Assembly (NCBI RefSeq): GCF_003918875.1
Contig: NW_025764992.1
Location: 2,108,001-2,172,000, forward strand
DNA: 64,000 bases
Reading direction: 5' to 3'
Origin: Haliotis rubra
Taxonomy: Eukaryota
The notes beneath the pieces were generated by a model. The model saw only the letters and a program-made list of their open reading frames with translations. It was not told the origin of the DNA and searched no databases. Shown here piece after piece: positions 13,503-40,009 of the stretch (position 1 is its first letter; each line of letters opens with the position of its first letter). The position numbers were made by a program, and so were the translations under genes.

Positions 13503-14726
13503 AGCTTTAATACCAGACTAAACAGAATTAGAATTGTCTGTGTCTTTGGACTAATGGCTGAAGCGTAAAGCCTATGTTATATGTTCAACATGATACACTT
13601 TGGTCTGTATGTTGACATGATATTTGTCAGGTTGTATGGACAAGGCAGTGTCCCTCGGTCTGTGCAAATGTATTTACCATCCACTTTTAAGTATGTCTGA
13701 GACAGGCCTATGATCATGATGATCCTGAGATGCTGAGGATGATTACAGCTGTTGTGTCTCTGAACTCTATATACAGAACCCTGATTCAGTTTAAACATGG
13801 CTCCATGTCATTTTCTACCTCCTAGTCATGTCTGCTAGTTTTATTTAAAACTTTGATTTGTGGTCAGTGTGCAGTATGTGAAATAGCGGGATAGTTTTTG
13901 CGGGGTGTGAATTTAAATAATAAATTTCACCTTCACCATGTACCCTTGTTGATCTACATTTTATTTTTTACTGTATTTTTCTCTGAAACGTCATTTTTCA
14001 TCTTGTTCATAATTCTGAAATTCCTGTTTGTGATCTCAGAATTAAAGATTTGTTTACAGAAATCTGTTACAATTCTAAACATGTACTTCATATTGATAAT
14101 GTCTGTTTGAGTTTACTGCCTGGCATTCATCATTATGAAGTACTCATGCTGTTTTGTGGTTTGCTAACCGATGTGTTCATGTTCTGTTTCCCTTTTGTCA
14201 TGACCTTCAACAGAATGCAGGTGAGCTACAGAGCTTCTGACTCCATGTTGAAGTGTGGCCTGTGTAAGTGACTTGTGCTAGTAGTTATATCTGGAGACCT
14301 GGTGTTGGATATACAAGTACAGTCTACCGTGTCCTGCTGGGATATTTGATAGGTGTGTGTTATTGAGGCTCCGCTGATGGTTGCTGATGATTGCAGCCTA
14401 TTTCCCTCCAGGAACTTACAGACTCGGGTTTCTTAGCCTTGTGTTCATTTCACAACAGTTGTGACATGATAATGGTTTGTGAAGGCCAGATAATGATGTT
14501 GTTGTTTAAATTAGGGTGTAACAATATGGCGGGCTTGCAATACTATACCGTTCAATACTATAGGCACGATATGATTTGTATCCTGGTACCATAGAAACAG
14601 TCCTTCTTTCTGTTGGCAGATAAACCACAACCCTGAATCATTAGCTTTTATATTTCAGAGATCAAAAATGGGATATTGTAGGGCAGAAAAATAAAGACTC
14701 CAGTGGTTACATGCCATATAAATACT

Positions 14727-14897
14727 ACTGACTGACTGACTGAGTTTTGGTTTTACACCGCTTTTAGCAATATTCCAACAACATCACGGCGGGGGACACC
14801 AGAAATGGGCTTCACACATTGTGCCCATGTTGGGATTCGAACCCGGGTCTTAGGTGTAATGAGCCAACGCTTTAACCATTAGGCTACCCCCCCCGTT
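14727..14897 (-). mobile_element. SINE family A, (gtca)n-tail type
   Basis: Reverse-complement match. Flanking atatRaatact-like duplication. Confidence 0.85.
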
Positions 14898-16628
14898 CCT
14901 CATATGAATACTAACAAATGGGCATAAGCGAGTGGTTGAACATTTTCATGTTTATTCCAATGTAACTTGTAATGCTTCCTATGTATCACAATACATGGGT
15001 TGCAGATTGATATGTTATATCTGGATGCAAGACTGCATCGGTGTATTGTTAGATAACTAGATTTAAGTGGTTTGCATAACTTTATTATTACTGTGTATGA
15101 CTACATAGACCCTCGTTTTATTATAGTGTTATCATTATGTTGCAGAAAAATTCTAATTTATGGCTTTGAACTCATCTGTCTTGTGCTGAAGTGATTGATA
15201 AATGATGAACCGGTATATGTTTAGTCATGTTAATGGACAGTTCAAATACGGCATGAAATAAAACAAATACCGAACTTGGGTCTATTTACTTTGTCGTGTT
15301 TTTAAAGCAATACCTTCAAATGTTTTGAAGTCTTTTTAACTTATCAATATATTTGATAATGGAAATCATGTAAAATAGAAACTGTATTATTGTGATAATG
15401 GATGTTAACAAACATTACAGTTTATTTTATGTGTCATACTTCATGGATCGTGAGATTCTTCTGTTGTAAAAAGAAGTACTTCATGTTGAAGGTGAAACAA
15501 CATCCTGCACGGAAAACAGCAACAACCGTTAATTAAAAAACTCATTTGAGGTGCAGAGAGAATGCTAATTTCCCCTGTGAAATCAAAGAACCGTGTCTAT
15601 TATCTTTTGTAAGATTTGTGAAAGTTTAATGAAGAAGGAAGGCATTAGGAGAGAAAATCTATAGAAGTGACCTGGATCTCAGCCACTACTACAAACTGCT
15701 TCATCACCTGTTAGAATAGCATCAATAATTGACACTGCAGCTAAAACAGGTGCCCATCATGGCACTAATCTCCTTTGTCACCTTCTACCTTTAATATTCA
15801 TGTCGTTTCACATGTTGCATGTATTCCTGGTGTGTGCTGTCCAGGCTGAAGTTGCTGAAGCAGCTGAAGTCGTGATGAAGGTAGCTGCAGTGTGTCCATG
15901 CTGTTGATGCAGGAAATCCAGCTTGGAACATGCTTGTGTCATTGTCCTAGCCATTGATTCCCACCTTCGGTTGGACTGATGACTTGATTACTGGGTCACT
16001 GGTGGTGTTGTTGTAAGAGTGAATCAGGCCTGGCTGTCAGTCAGTAGAGACGTGTAGTGTTACCTCAATATTGTTTTATTGTGCTGAGATCATTGGTGTT
16101 TAATGGAGGATAACATGGTGCATTCCTGGAAGAAAGCTAGCTACAGAGCTGCGAGTTACTTTTTCTAGAATGGTGTGACAGTTGCTTGGCTGTGTTTAGA
16201 CTATGGCCTTATGTACTAAGGTCAGTATTGGCCACAATCCTTGATTCTTCTATTGTTTGTTGTCATTGCTGGACTTTAAGATGTCATTTCGGCAGATTCA
16301 GATTGCTTAGTGACAGATATTTTGATTATAATTCAAAAGTATTAATACATGACTTCCACTCTACTGTAGTACAAGGGCGGCCTCTGTTCAGTGTTACTGT
16401 GGACAATGATGGCCATGGAAGCCTACCTTCCAGATGATCAGGTTGGGGATGCATGGCTCAAGATAATGTTTTCTTATATGTTGTCATTCACATTGGGTAT
16501 TTGATAATTTTCTTAGGGTATTCAACATATTTAACTCCCGTGAAGCCAGTTTTGAGGCACTTTGCAACCATTATTTAAACATTTTGAAAACTATTTTGCT
16601 TAAAATGCTGTTTCAGGTAATTGCTAAT

Positions 16629-16923
16629 TAGAGCTGTGACGATATATCGTAGTATCGATAATCGTGATACTTTATCTGATGATAAATATATCGATACTTT
16701 TGTTCATATCGTGATATGTATCGTTGACCTTAAAAATGTTAATGTTCACTAGAAATTGACGGTTATGTAAAAAATTACATTGTTACTTGCTATCAAAATA
16801 TACTTTTTTTAAAAGAAAATAACTAAAGATAGCATATCGTGATATGCATCGAATCGAATCGTATCGTTCCAAGATATCGCGATACGTATCGTATCGTGAC
16901 ATTTCCGTATCGTCACACCTCTA
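16629..16923. mobile_element. hAT-type MITE
   Basis: 16-bp TIR tagagctgtgacgata / tatcgtcacacctcta (1 mismatch). Perfect 8-bp TSD ttgctaat (16621-16628, 16924-16931). Subterminal (at)atcg motifs. Confidence 0.9.
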
Positions 16924-17579
16924 TTGCTAATGTGTTTTACTGGTCATGTGCTGCTCCAAGTGTTACCTGTTGTATAAACCCAATATGGCCACATTTGTCT
17001 CTGTTACAATAAGCCAGACGTAGCCATTTAATGCATTATTAACTGCAGTAGAGTTTATTGATAGGTTATGCCTGCATTTGATCTGGTAATAAAATGTTTT
17101 AAGATATATCTGGAACACAAGCTGAAAAAGCTACATTGTTTAATTAGGCATGATGTTATTGAATTTTCCTGTATGTATACCTGTATGCTAGCAGCTCCAA
17201 ATTACATGTATTTGGGTTGTGCTGATATATTTTGTGTATTTTATGCATATACAAATCTTTTGATATGTTTATCTATATACAGTCTATGTATAATAAAACT
17301 GTTATTGTACCTGCCCCTAACTTTGTTTTCAGCATCATATTTCAGTAGATTTTAGTGATGTAGACCAATTTTAGCTGAGCTTAATAGACCAAACAGAATA
17401 TTGCTGGACTAGTGGACTTGGGTTTGGGATGAATGGCAATTGCGGATGCTGTATGAAAACATCACTCCATACCTTCTTTTGTACAGATAAGTCCATGAAA
17501 ACTATTTCAGTTGGTCATATTTGTAAAATGAGGATGTTTTGTTTCAGATGTTTATGCCTGAGGTGATGAGGGTCTCAAA

Positions 17580-29863
<12,284 letters not shown>

Positions 29864-31467
29864 CCCCAAATAAGTGTAGCATTAAGTGTGACCATATTCC
29901 ACCAGCGCTGCTGTGGATGGGAGACTTTACAGTATGTGTGTATATATTTTACATCTATGTATCGCTGAGTGAAGTGCTAACAGAAGACAACAGGGGAAGA
30001 AGATCCTTTGGTACCAACCATATGCTGATCAGTCCTTCACCCCAGACAGGTCACATGACTTGCGAGTAGGTCACATGACATGTTGGCAGGTCATGTGACT
30101 GAAAGGGGTGGTCTGTGTTCTGATGCTGCTGCTGTGTGGAAGGGGAGATAACTGGTTCCCACTGTGCTGTTGATTTTCTCTGTAGCTTGCTGATTTGTTA
30201 AATTAATATGAAATAATCATGTTTTTCTCATTCTTGATTACATCATGGTTGATATTTTCATAAATACCATTTTTTTAAGGAGGGTTGAAATTTTGTGTTG
30301 AAAATATATGAACATTCTTGTGTTTTCGTTCTGAATGTATGATAGTTCTTCCTATTCTAAGGAGTTCTTGTAGACAGATTAAATAACAGGAAGAGCATAA
30401 AGGTTTTGTATATCTCCATGACCAGGTTTTGCCCCTGCTTTGATGGAACCAGAGACCATATATCGGTATATGGTCTCTGATGGAACTGATTGGCCACCTC
30501 TCCAACAGTGCTGGAAGTAGAATGACAACTATTTGTAGTGAGATCGGCCTTGTTATGTTTAGAGATGTGATATTCTAGAAGTAGCCTTATTCAAACTGCT
30601 GTGAAGTGTGATAGGAAACAAGTGCCTTTCCCTGCTTGAACAGCCATGTGACATTACACTTTCCTAATCCCAGGAATGTACCATTATTGTATATTCAAAG
30701 TTTCAAATGCATTTATTTTGTTAAATGTGTGATATGTAAAAAGTTCATTTGTATGAAATAGAATTGGAATAAGAAGTTTGTGTCCCATGTTCCTAATATC
30801 AGTAGCCTGTTTAAGTCACAGACTTCAAGATAGAATTGCATCAGAAGCTTTTACCTTGGCCATATTCTACATTGTCTGACAAAGAACAAGTTAGTCCACA
30901 ATTGTTCTTCAGGATGTTTTACGCTAAGCGCATCCTCAGCCAATAACAAACAGCTGTGACCTATGTTGTGAGCACATGTAGGTTCCCAAGGTCCATACCC
31001 TGCTCACTTAGAACATGCATTGTAGTGGAGCTTCTGCTGTTGTGAGCAAGTTCCCAAGCTCCATACCCTGCTCACTTAGAACATGCATTGTAGTGGAGCT
31101 TCTGGTGTTGTGAAGTTGAGTTCTGATATTTCACTATGGCAACTCGATAAAGGATTCAAGCAAACCAATATTCTGTCATATACCATGGTGTTTTGTTAGT
31201 TGGTGAGGGAACATTGTGGCTGTTGTTTTAAACATCCTGGATTTTTAGTTATTTCCTTCAGTTATTTTGCCAATAACTACATTAATTACAAATCTTAAAA
31301 TCTTCTTACAAATGTTTGGCATATAGCTTATAGTCACTGTTTCTAATGAAGGGGTAGTTTGCTTGCTGCTTGAGGATTGAATCAAGAGATACCTGTAAAC
31401 CTTTCTACAGCATAATCCTAGTCACATTCGATAACCACAATGCTGTACCAGTTTCTTGTGCCATGCT

Positions 31468-31637
31468 GGGGCAGTGGGGTAGCCTAATGGTTAAAGCGTT
31501 GGCTCGTCACTCCGAAGACCTGGGTTCGAATCCCCACATGGGTACAATGTGTGAAGCCCATTTCTGGTGTCCCCCGCCGTGATGTTGCTGTAATATTGCT
31601 AAAAGCGGCGTAAAACCAAACTCAGTCAGTCAGTCAG
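31468..31637 (+). mobile_element. SINE family A
   Basis: Full length. TSD tcttgtgccatgct. Confidence 0.9.
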
Positions 31638-31811
31638 TCTTGTGCCATGCTGGGTTAACTCCTTGACAGTTTATTACCACTTTGATCAATAAGAATGTAA
31701 AGTGGAATGGTAAGGAAAGAACTTCCCTAGTAATGACAGCTTCATTGTAATAGCCTGATACAGATGTGTCCATGTTAGTAACCCCACTTCTGTCTGGACT
31801 CTTCTCATCTG

Positions 31812-32074
31812 GCCCTGACTTCTCGAAACAAACTTAAGTCTGAGTTTTACTCAAATTTGAAAAAACGCAGGAAAATGCATTTCCCAGAATGAACTGAAAT
31901 CAATATCAAAGTAAAACATAGTAGACAATTTGAGTTTGGTGGATAGATTACTTAAGTTGTTTTGGGCTCTTTTATTTTAAAAATGCAGTTGAGTTAAACA
32001 TTCAGCTGTTTCAAATTGTCAAACTCAGTTTGAAATTTGAGTAAAAACTTAAATTTGTTTCGAGAAATCGGGGC
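31812..32074. mobile_element. MITE (PIF/Harbinger-like)
   Basis: TIR gccctgacttctcgaaacaaacttaag / cttaaatttgtttcgagaaatcggggc. CTG on both flanks. Confidence 0.7.
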
Positions 32075-32273
32075 CTGGTCTGTTTAAATCTCAAGGTTTC
32101 CAGGTACTAATGTGTCCCTCTCTCTAACAGCTCACTCCACAGTGACCTTTTTTATTAAGTTATTCATTATGTCTTTAATGTCATGCCTTAGACTGACAGT
32201 CATCATTGAGCTGGAATATTGCAGTGTGGCTTAAATCGTCATCTTTGAGTGGCATTTTTAGGACTTGGAGAGT

Positions 32274-32438
32274 CAGATAAGGAAACATTTTATGGATGAA
32301 ACAACTTCTTTATTCAGGTGGTGCGAGGTTTCAATACAGATTCTTGTATTGACCTGCTTGACAACGATACAATAATCTGTATCGAAACATCGCACCACCT
32401 GAATAAAGTTGGTCATCCATAAAATTTGTCCTTATCTG
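32274..32438. mobile_element. Foldback remnant, Penelope-like pseudo-LTR ends with hammerhead-like core (locus A)
   Basis: Long palindrome. Right arm reads tgc-TTGACAAC-gataca..tgtatc-GAAAcatc-gca...aataaagtt...atccata. Confidence 0.65.
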
Positions 32439-32896
32439 GCTTAAATCAGCCAACAACTTGCTTTATATTTCCTTGCATGTCAACAAAATGTGAAAACCTG
32501 TGATTCATGCATTCCAGTTGCTGATGTTGTATGTGCATATTAGCACAGATGTGTATGTGCAAACTACAATGTACTATGTTAGGGTAAAGCATATGTGTGA
32601 TAATAAACTCCATTCCGTCCACACCAATCTGTATTTTCTGATTATTCACATGTTGTACATCTATGTTTTGATTGAGAGATATAACCATTTAGACATTATC
32701 CAAATTTCATTCCAGTGACTTATGTATGATGTAGTACTGATGTCATGAGATTGTCTGGTCCAGACAAAACTATTTATAGATATGTCATGATGTATGGAAT
32801 ATTGCTGAGTGCAGTGTAAAACATCAAACCAATTCATGTCCGGTCATTGATGTCCAGTCAAGCCTTTTTGCTTGTGTGTAGCTTCCGTGAGAATGT

Positions 32897-33168
32897 GGCA
32901 GGAATACATTTATGGAAGCCTCAATAGTATCCGTCCAACCACCAGCCAGGCCTCAGTCATTGGCTGGAATACATTTATGGTAGCACCAATAGTATCCGTC
33001 CAACCCACAAGCCAGGCCTCAGTCATTGGCTGGAATACTTTTATGGTAGCACCAATAGTATAGTCCAACCCACAAGCCAGACCTCAGTCATTGGCTGGAA
33101 TACTTTATGGTAGCATCAATAGTATAGTCCAACCCACCAGTCAGGCAGGCCACCAACATTGGCTGAAA
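32897..33168. repeat. Tandem repeat of about 60-65 bp, roughly 4 copies
   Basis: Recurring cattggctggaatac..tttatggtagcaccaatagtat..gtccaacccac..gccaggcctcagt. Confidence 0.85.
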
Positions 33169-33175
33169 TAAGTTC

Positions 33176-33352
33176 TTTGAGAGGCATTTTAGGTGAAGGT
33201 ACTAACACCGTTATCAAGCAAGTGATGACTTGTAGTCAACTTCTTTATTGCAATGAGTTAGGTACTAACACCGTTATCAATCTGGCTTATAACGGTGTTA
33301 GTACCTACACCGAAACGTCGCACTCATTGCATTAAAGAAGTTGACTATCCAT
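33176..33352. mobile_element. Foldback remnant, Penelope-like ends with hammerhead-like core (locus B)
   Basis: Palindrome 33233-33347. Core gc-TT(G)ATAAC-ggtgt..acacc-GAAACGTC-gca...aaagaagttg..atccata. An extra antisense copy lies at 33176-33221. Confidence 0.65.
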
Positions 33353-34681
33353 ACAACTTACTTTTCCTTCATTGGCTGAAATGTTTTGTACAGAGTTTGG
33401 TTTAGGTAAGTGTCCGTCCAACCTCTCCTCCAACAGGCAGGCCACTGCCATTGGCTGAAACATGTTTACAGCAGCTTTGATAGTGTCCTCTGTCTTTTGC
33501 TGAAAACATTTTACAGTGGACATTGACTTGTTCCGCAAGGCAAATCTTAGCTCTGCAGTGATCATAAGCCTATGTTAAAGTATGGGAGTTACGATCAACT
33601 AAGAGGAAAGATTGTTTTGTGGAATGGGTCCCAGAACTATATCCATCCTCTTTAAGTATTTGTTACATTCAGAGATGAGTGTTCCTGGTAGACATTTGTC
33701 TGGGTATCTTTTTTCTTAACGTTTATGAAATTACGATAGTCTATGAAAGAAAATGATGTTTTACCTGTGATCAGTTTCAATAATTTTTTATTTTGTCCTA
33801 CCGTATTGTAAAGATTATTTATCTATTTTTCTTCTCTGGGAGTTACAAATAAGTTTTCTTTACACATGTACTGACAGCTGTTGAATCATGGCTCAACATG
33901 TATTAACTAACTCTACCATCTGATGTTATGTAGGTATCAGTGGTACCATCTCGCCCCATGTTAACATTGTAGGTTCCTCAAAGTGTATGGACCACTCAGC
34001 TTTTGATACAGATATGTCATTACTGAACAACACGAGAAACGCACCATCCATATAATACGAAATATCCCCGCCAGACTGCAATGTACCAATGATATCTGAG
34101 CATCGTCAGTGCATTTTAGTGTGGTGCGTTTCTAATGTTCAGTATATTTAAATATTAACTTGACATTTTGAGAATCTGGGTCCAAATCCACAAATCGTTC
34201 GTAACGTTACGACCTGGCGTTACTCTATAGTTTACCATAGGCTTAAGAATGTCGTAGTGCTACAAATGCTTTGTTGATCGGGACCCACTTTTGTATATTT
34301 TAGAGAAAAATAAATAACCCTATGAAGAGTGGAGAAGTACATGCCCCCAAACTGGCAAACACAATATTTGTTCAAATAATTCGGTTTCATAAATAATTAC
34401 AGTTTCCAACTGAATAACTAGATCATGAAACCTGGGATTGATTATTACTTCCTAAGATATCTGTTCAGTTTGTAATTTAGAGGGATAATAAAAGCTAAAT
34501 TTCAAGGCATAGTCCTGTGGGAATGTTTAAAGTAGAAGTTTTTGTGTTGAAGACTTCAATACAGGAAAAGACAGAGAAAAAATGCACTTAATGTTCTATT
34601 TTTCTATTTTGATTCGTGATCAGTTATCCGTCGATCAATTACTTTTTCAAACTCGTGATCAACCCATCCTCAATTATCTCT

Positions 34682-35129
34682 AGGGTATACATGCCAATAA
34701 ATCTGCACTGCTACCCTGGATGCATCTACGGCATGGCCCGATAATTGTATTACCTCTCCCTTTGCTGGCTTTTTATCCAGTAAGGTGTCCACTCTCTGAA
34801 GTTGAGCATACCAATCAGATAAGCTGTTACAACCGAGCTTGCCAGTGATGCCAAAGATGGCGGCTGCAGCCATGTAAGTTTGCTCGCTTTGCGACTCAGA
34901 TTTAGGGAAAAAATCATACGAATTGATAGGTCTGAAACCTTAAAAAAATATATGCAAGAACTCCTACCTCTTTCAGAGTACCTCTGCAACAAGTGAGTTA
35001 TGATAGAAGCCTTGTGATTGGTACGCTCAGCGTTGTCACCTGATTGGATAAAAAGCCAGCAAAGGGAGGTAATACAATGGTGGATATGCATCCAGGGTAC
35101 TAGTGGAGATTTATCAGAACATATACCCT
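34682..35129. mobile_element. Foldback/MITE with about 110-bp imperfect terminal inverted repeats
   Basis: agggtata..ataaatct..taccctggatgcat..gtattacctc.ccctttgctggctttttatcca is mirrored by tggataaaaagccagcaaagggaggtaatac..atgcatccagggta..agatttat..tataccct. Confidence 0.8.
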
Positions 35130-37242
35130 GCTGATTATCGAGGAAGCGATCAACCTTGTATTGAAAATATTTCCCAACACTAGTCACAGTAGGTGCTGAG
35201 TGTAACCAGGGCCATATTCCAAGAAGTGATCTTAGCACAGTGATGATCATAAACCAATGATAAGATGGGGGAGTTATGATTGCCTTAGCAGTAAGATCAC
35301 TACGAGGAAGGGTTTGGTTTGTGACAATTGGAGTCATTGTGGGATTGTACTTTAGATGGCAGGGATCATTGGTCTTGTTGTCATGTGCTGAGCTGTCTGG
35401 TCCAAGCTACAATCAAAAGCCAAAGTGACACAGCTGGGATTTGGTTGAGTTGCATAAAACTTGTTAAACTTACTTAGTTCTGTGTGGGGCTGTGATGATC
35501 CAGAGTGATGTGATATGGTACGTGTAATATTTGTTCTACAATATGATATTATCTGGATATACTATGGTAAAGTGGCCTTTGGCTAACTCAAAACAAAATT
35601 ATTTGGATATATTTAAATTTTTTCCAATGAATCTGTTCATTTGAACATTTCAATTTTGATCTGTCCTCTCATCATTCAGAAGCTTGACACATAACAAATG
35701 AGGGTCCTGATGGGTTACACTGTTCAGTGTCATTAAAAATACATGGTGGTAAAGCGAAATGAATTTCTTTTCTAAGATGCCAAAATTAAATCTTACCGAC
35801 GATTAATCTAAGGCAGAAAACAAACAAAAATATGTTAAGACACATGGTACCAGAAAAACAAATAACAGTTTAATGACGGTTTATGTTCATGTTAAATATC
35901 TTCTGTACGTTATTTTAATTACATCTGTGATTAACATAAACCATATGGAGCAATATGAATGTCGCATTTCTACTACCAATGTACGTTAAGATCAGTACAT
36001 CCAGATAAAGCTGACTTGACGTGTGACATTCCACGGATGCATTGTAGGACTGTAGACATTGTGAACATTGCCATGTTGCTGTTTAATTGTTTAATCAAAC
36101 AGAGACATTTTATCCGTCGCAAAATATGATAACATGCATCGTGACATCAGTTACCAAGGATACGTTTGATATTGAGGGCGCAGACGAGAATGGCATAGTG
36201 ACGTCAATACAGTGAAGTCATGCAAAAGTACTGATAAAGTACTGTCGGCGCCTTTGATCTTTTAGCAAAGCATTTTAGAAAACTATAGTTATCGTATATA
36301 TGTCAAATTTGTTTTGTAAATATTAAATGTCATGTCCATACAAAATGGTTAGTATAAATAAACATTTACTGTTTGTTGTAATCATGCTGAAATCTAGAAG
36401 TTGTGTAAAACTAGATCTAATGACAACAAAACTAGTCTATATTCTTATAACATGAATTCCAGTGATTAATTGAAAGCCTTACAGCTTTCCCATCTGCCTT
36501 CTCTCTGCAATGATTTCGCATTTTAGATTCAACCTGATAGCATGGCCACTCTTTGGGGATGTTTTTATATTGAGCCCCCAAAATATGACTTCAGACTTAA
36601 AAGTGTTAAATTTTACTGACACGCATTCCCTCTTCCGTATCAGTCAGGACCCTGACGGATGTCCAAATAGGATGACAGGTGTAAAAGAGCTGTCAAATGC
36701 TCATGAATAATATTACATCAGCAGTATTGCGACATTTGATCGAATCGTTTCAGCCCAGTTTCTGTACATACACTGGCAGATGTCTAATTATATAATCATT
36801 GTTCTTCCTGCTAGAAGTGACATTTCCCAGGCGTAGGACCGTATTGTGATGTTAGTCTGCTGCTGACTGTGTCTCATATCTGTATCTTATTGGGTTCACT
36901 CTTTGTCTTACAGCTGACATGTACAAGTGTCTGTCCAGCCAGCCAGATCTGTCATGGTTGCTTGTTAGTGCAAGTCATATGTTGCTGTTGATTAATAAAT
37001 ATTTGAAAGTTGGGCATTTGTGTTCTCAGTGACAGATGAAGAATATTCATGTGATTTGTTTCTATAACGAGACTGTTAGATTTGAAATCTGCATTCGGGA
37101 CAGTACATATTCAAAACATCTAAAACTACACAGTTTATGATATAATTTACCATAGTCATTATTCTGGTTGCAGAATGCAGTACGAAATTGCAAGTTGGGG
37201 GGTGGGAGGTTGGAGGGAGTTGGGTTTTGAAGCTCTCTTTTG

Positions 37243-37604
37243 GGGAAGTCTTATGTAGGCTGAATTTGAGGACTTGGATTTTAGGGGAAGTCTAAGCACT
37301 CAATTTGAGGACTTGGATTTGGGGGGAAGTCTAAGCACTCAGTTTGAGGACTTGGATTGGGGGGAGTCTAAGTCTAAGCACTCAATTTGAGGACTTGGAT
37401 TTGGGGGGAAGTCTAAGCACTCAATTTGAGGACTTGGATTTGGGGAAGTCTAAGTACTCAATTTGAGGAGCACTCAATTTGAGGACTTGGATTGGGGAAG
37501 TCTAAGCACTCAGTTTGAGGACTTGGATTTGGGGAAGTCTAAGCACTCAGTTTGAGGACTTGGATTTGGGGGAAGTCTAAGCTCTCAGTTTGAGGACTTG
37601 GATT
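37243..37604. repeat. G-rich minisatellite of about 37-39 bp (aagtctaagcactcaatttgaggacttggatttggggg)n
   Basis: About 9-10 visible units with variable G-run length. Confidence 0.92.
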
Positions 37605-38741
37605 ATCTTGGCCCAGGTGCATGTTGACATGAAAACTTAGCTGCACCAGATTCCAAAAAAGTATCCCAAGTATCATAGCTGAAATGTAGATGGATATTCT
37701 TGCCTACATGAATATAATCTTGGATATGCGATGACCATACTTAATGTTTCTGCACTGTGTTTAAATACATTGACAGATGAATCTACTGTACATAAGTGAG
37801 TGAGTATGTTTTAAGCTGCTTATAGCAATATTCCAGCAATATCATGGCGGAGACACCAGTACCCATGTGGGGAATCAAACCTTGTCTTCAGTGTTCATGA
37901 ACGGATGCTTTAACCACTTGGCTACCCCACCACTCCTCACCAACTTGAAGGAGAAGCTTGGAGAAATTGTGTGTAAAAATGGATGTTGGGTGGACAATTA
38001 TGGATTCATCATGACAAATTTTAAATATTTTCACCCGCACTTGGTGCATGTAGACATAAATATAAGGTTGAATAAGGCTAATGTATTATCAGTGTAGGAA
38101 ACTACTGCCTGAGACGGTTAATTCTGTGGAGGGCTGGCAAAAAAAAATCTTACTTGCCCGATGGTCAGGCTCATATTTTATGTGTAATCATGAAAATCTT
38201 ATCTGTGAGACTGCTTTTCGTAACCAAAAAACTTGAGATGTATTAGCCAAAATTTGTGATAAGTTATTCAAAGATACTAAATAGTTTTTTTACTGTTGCT
38301 GAGCTGAAGTGTGAAATTAAAGTTAGTCTGGCAACTTTTGGGAAGGGCTGGTAAGTTTTCAGAGTTACCAGTCCTGGTGTCTGGTAGAATTTTCTATTAT
38401 GTTTCCTACACTGGTATTATATAGTTAAACCGAGCACTGGTAGATGCAGAGACATCGGAGAATCGTTCTGCCTTTGTTATTCTCCCACTAGGGTACAGTT
38501 AGGGAAGCGCTATTAGTTGTGGTTCCCAGCTGTGATGGAATTACAGAAACAATAGTTTATGATTGTTAATAACTGCAAGAATAACCTCTACTGTATCAGA
38601 GTTACTCCCTCTGCCCTCCACATTCAGGGAAAGGACTGAGGTTTATCCACCTTGGCAAGTTGAAGAGGTTGATGGTGATTGGTGGTACTGTTATCTGAAC
38701 AACTAGTCATGTTATGGTGTAATAGAGGTAAAGGGTTCATA

Positions 38742-38905
38742 AGAGTGAGTGAGTTTAGTTTTACGCTGCTTTTAGCAATATTCCATCAATATCACAGCAA
38801 GGGACACCAGAAATGGGCTTCACACATTGTACCCATGTGGGGAATCGAACCCCGGTCTTCAGCGTGACAAGTGGACACTTTAATCATTACGCTACCCCAC
38901 TGCTT
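38742..38905 (-). mobile_element. SINE family A
   Basis: Reverse-complement match. ttcataaga duplicated at the flanks. Confidence 0.85.
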
Positions 38906-39215
38906 CGGATTCATAAGAATTATTAGTTTCCTTAGCACCTAAGGATGCAAACTTGGAACAGTGCATTGTTTCCTTACAGACAACTGGGACAACCCTGCCC
39001 TGCCAGAGATGTGACAAGAGAATACTGGAATATTAGAGGAAATCATGAGGAATCATCTCTTTAGTTATACAGTAGAAGCTAGTTGTCTTGTTACTTGAGT
39101 TTATGTTTTAATTCACTCTGACTTGGTTGACATATGTCATCATATCCAATTGCGTAGATCGATGCTCATGCTGATCACTGGAATGTCTGCTCCAGACTCG
39201 ATTATTTACAGACCG

Positions 39216-39390
39216 ACTGACTGACTGACTGACTGAGTTTGGTTTTACGCCGCTTTTAGCAATATTCCAGCAACATCACGGCAGGGGACACCAGAAAAGG
39301 GCTGCACACATTGTACCCATGTGGGGATTCGAACCCGGGTCTTCGGCATGACGAGCCAACGCTTTAACCACTAGGCTACCCCACCGCCCC
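39216..39390 (-). mobile_element. SINE family A nested in a family C element
   Basis: TSD tatttacagaccg at 39203-39215 and 39391-39403. Confidence 0.9.
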
Positions 39391-39474
39391 TATTTACAGA
39401 CCGCCACCATACAGCTGGAATACTGCTGCGTGAAACAAGAAACAAACTGAAACTAAACCCTCCCTCACTTATAT

Positions 39475-40009
39475 AAACAAGCATTGTCACTAAGGTGACA
39501 TAATCCCCCGCCGCAAATTATCAAATCAAACTTGAAAAGTAATGAAAGTGAAGGTCGTAATTTAAGATGAAGTTAAATGTCAACAAAAACATGACCAGTC
39601 AACCTCTCTTGATATCTTGCTCTAGTTGTTCAAACGTACAAATATTTTCAAGACTCACTTTGACCTTGACATGAATGTCTTAGTGTATGAAATATGCAAA
39701 AATAGTAATAAAGAAATTGCTTATTGAAAAACATTCAAGGGAAGTCTTGAAAGTCTATGAAGAAAATCCAGTGAACTGTTCTTGAGATATCTTGCTGACA
39801 AGGGTAAAACGTAAAAGTCCCCTTGTGACCTTGAAATGAAGGTCAAGGTCACCAAACCTGACTGGGACCTTTCATTTACTGTGATGAACCTAGGTACCAA
39901 ATATGAAAAGAATCCAGTCAACAGTTCTTAAGATATTCCAATTCGTACGTACGGACGAAGCCTAATACTATATCCCCCGCTTAGCGCTAAATGCGCAGTG
40001 GGGGATAAT
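39475..40009 (+). mobile_element. Helentron-associated (HINE/pearl-like) non-autonomous element
   Basis: Starts aaacaag. Internal tgaccttga / tcaaggtca repeats, short cgga/cgta microsatellite, 3' hairpin tatcccccgc...gtgggggata. This organisation is known from molluscan HINEs. Confidence 0.65.

Noticed and set aside
34750-35337. 195-aa minus-strand ORF
   Set aside because: It overlaps a foldback MITE and has no recognisable domain or exon structure.
37197-37224. G-quadruplex-like tract beside the G-rich minisatellite
   Set aside because: Single low-complexity tract with no functional context visible.
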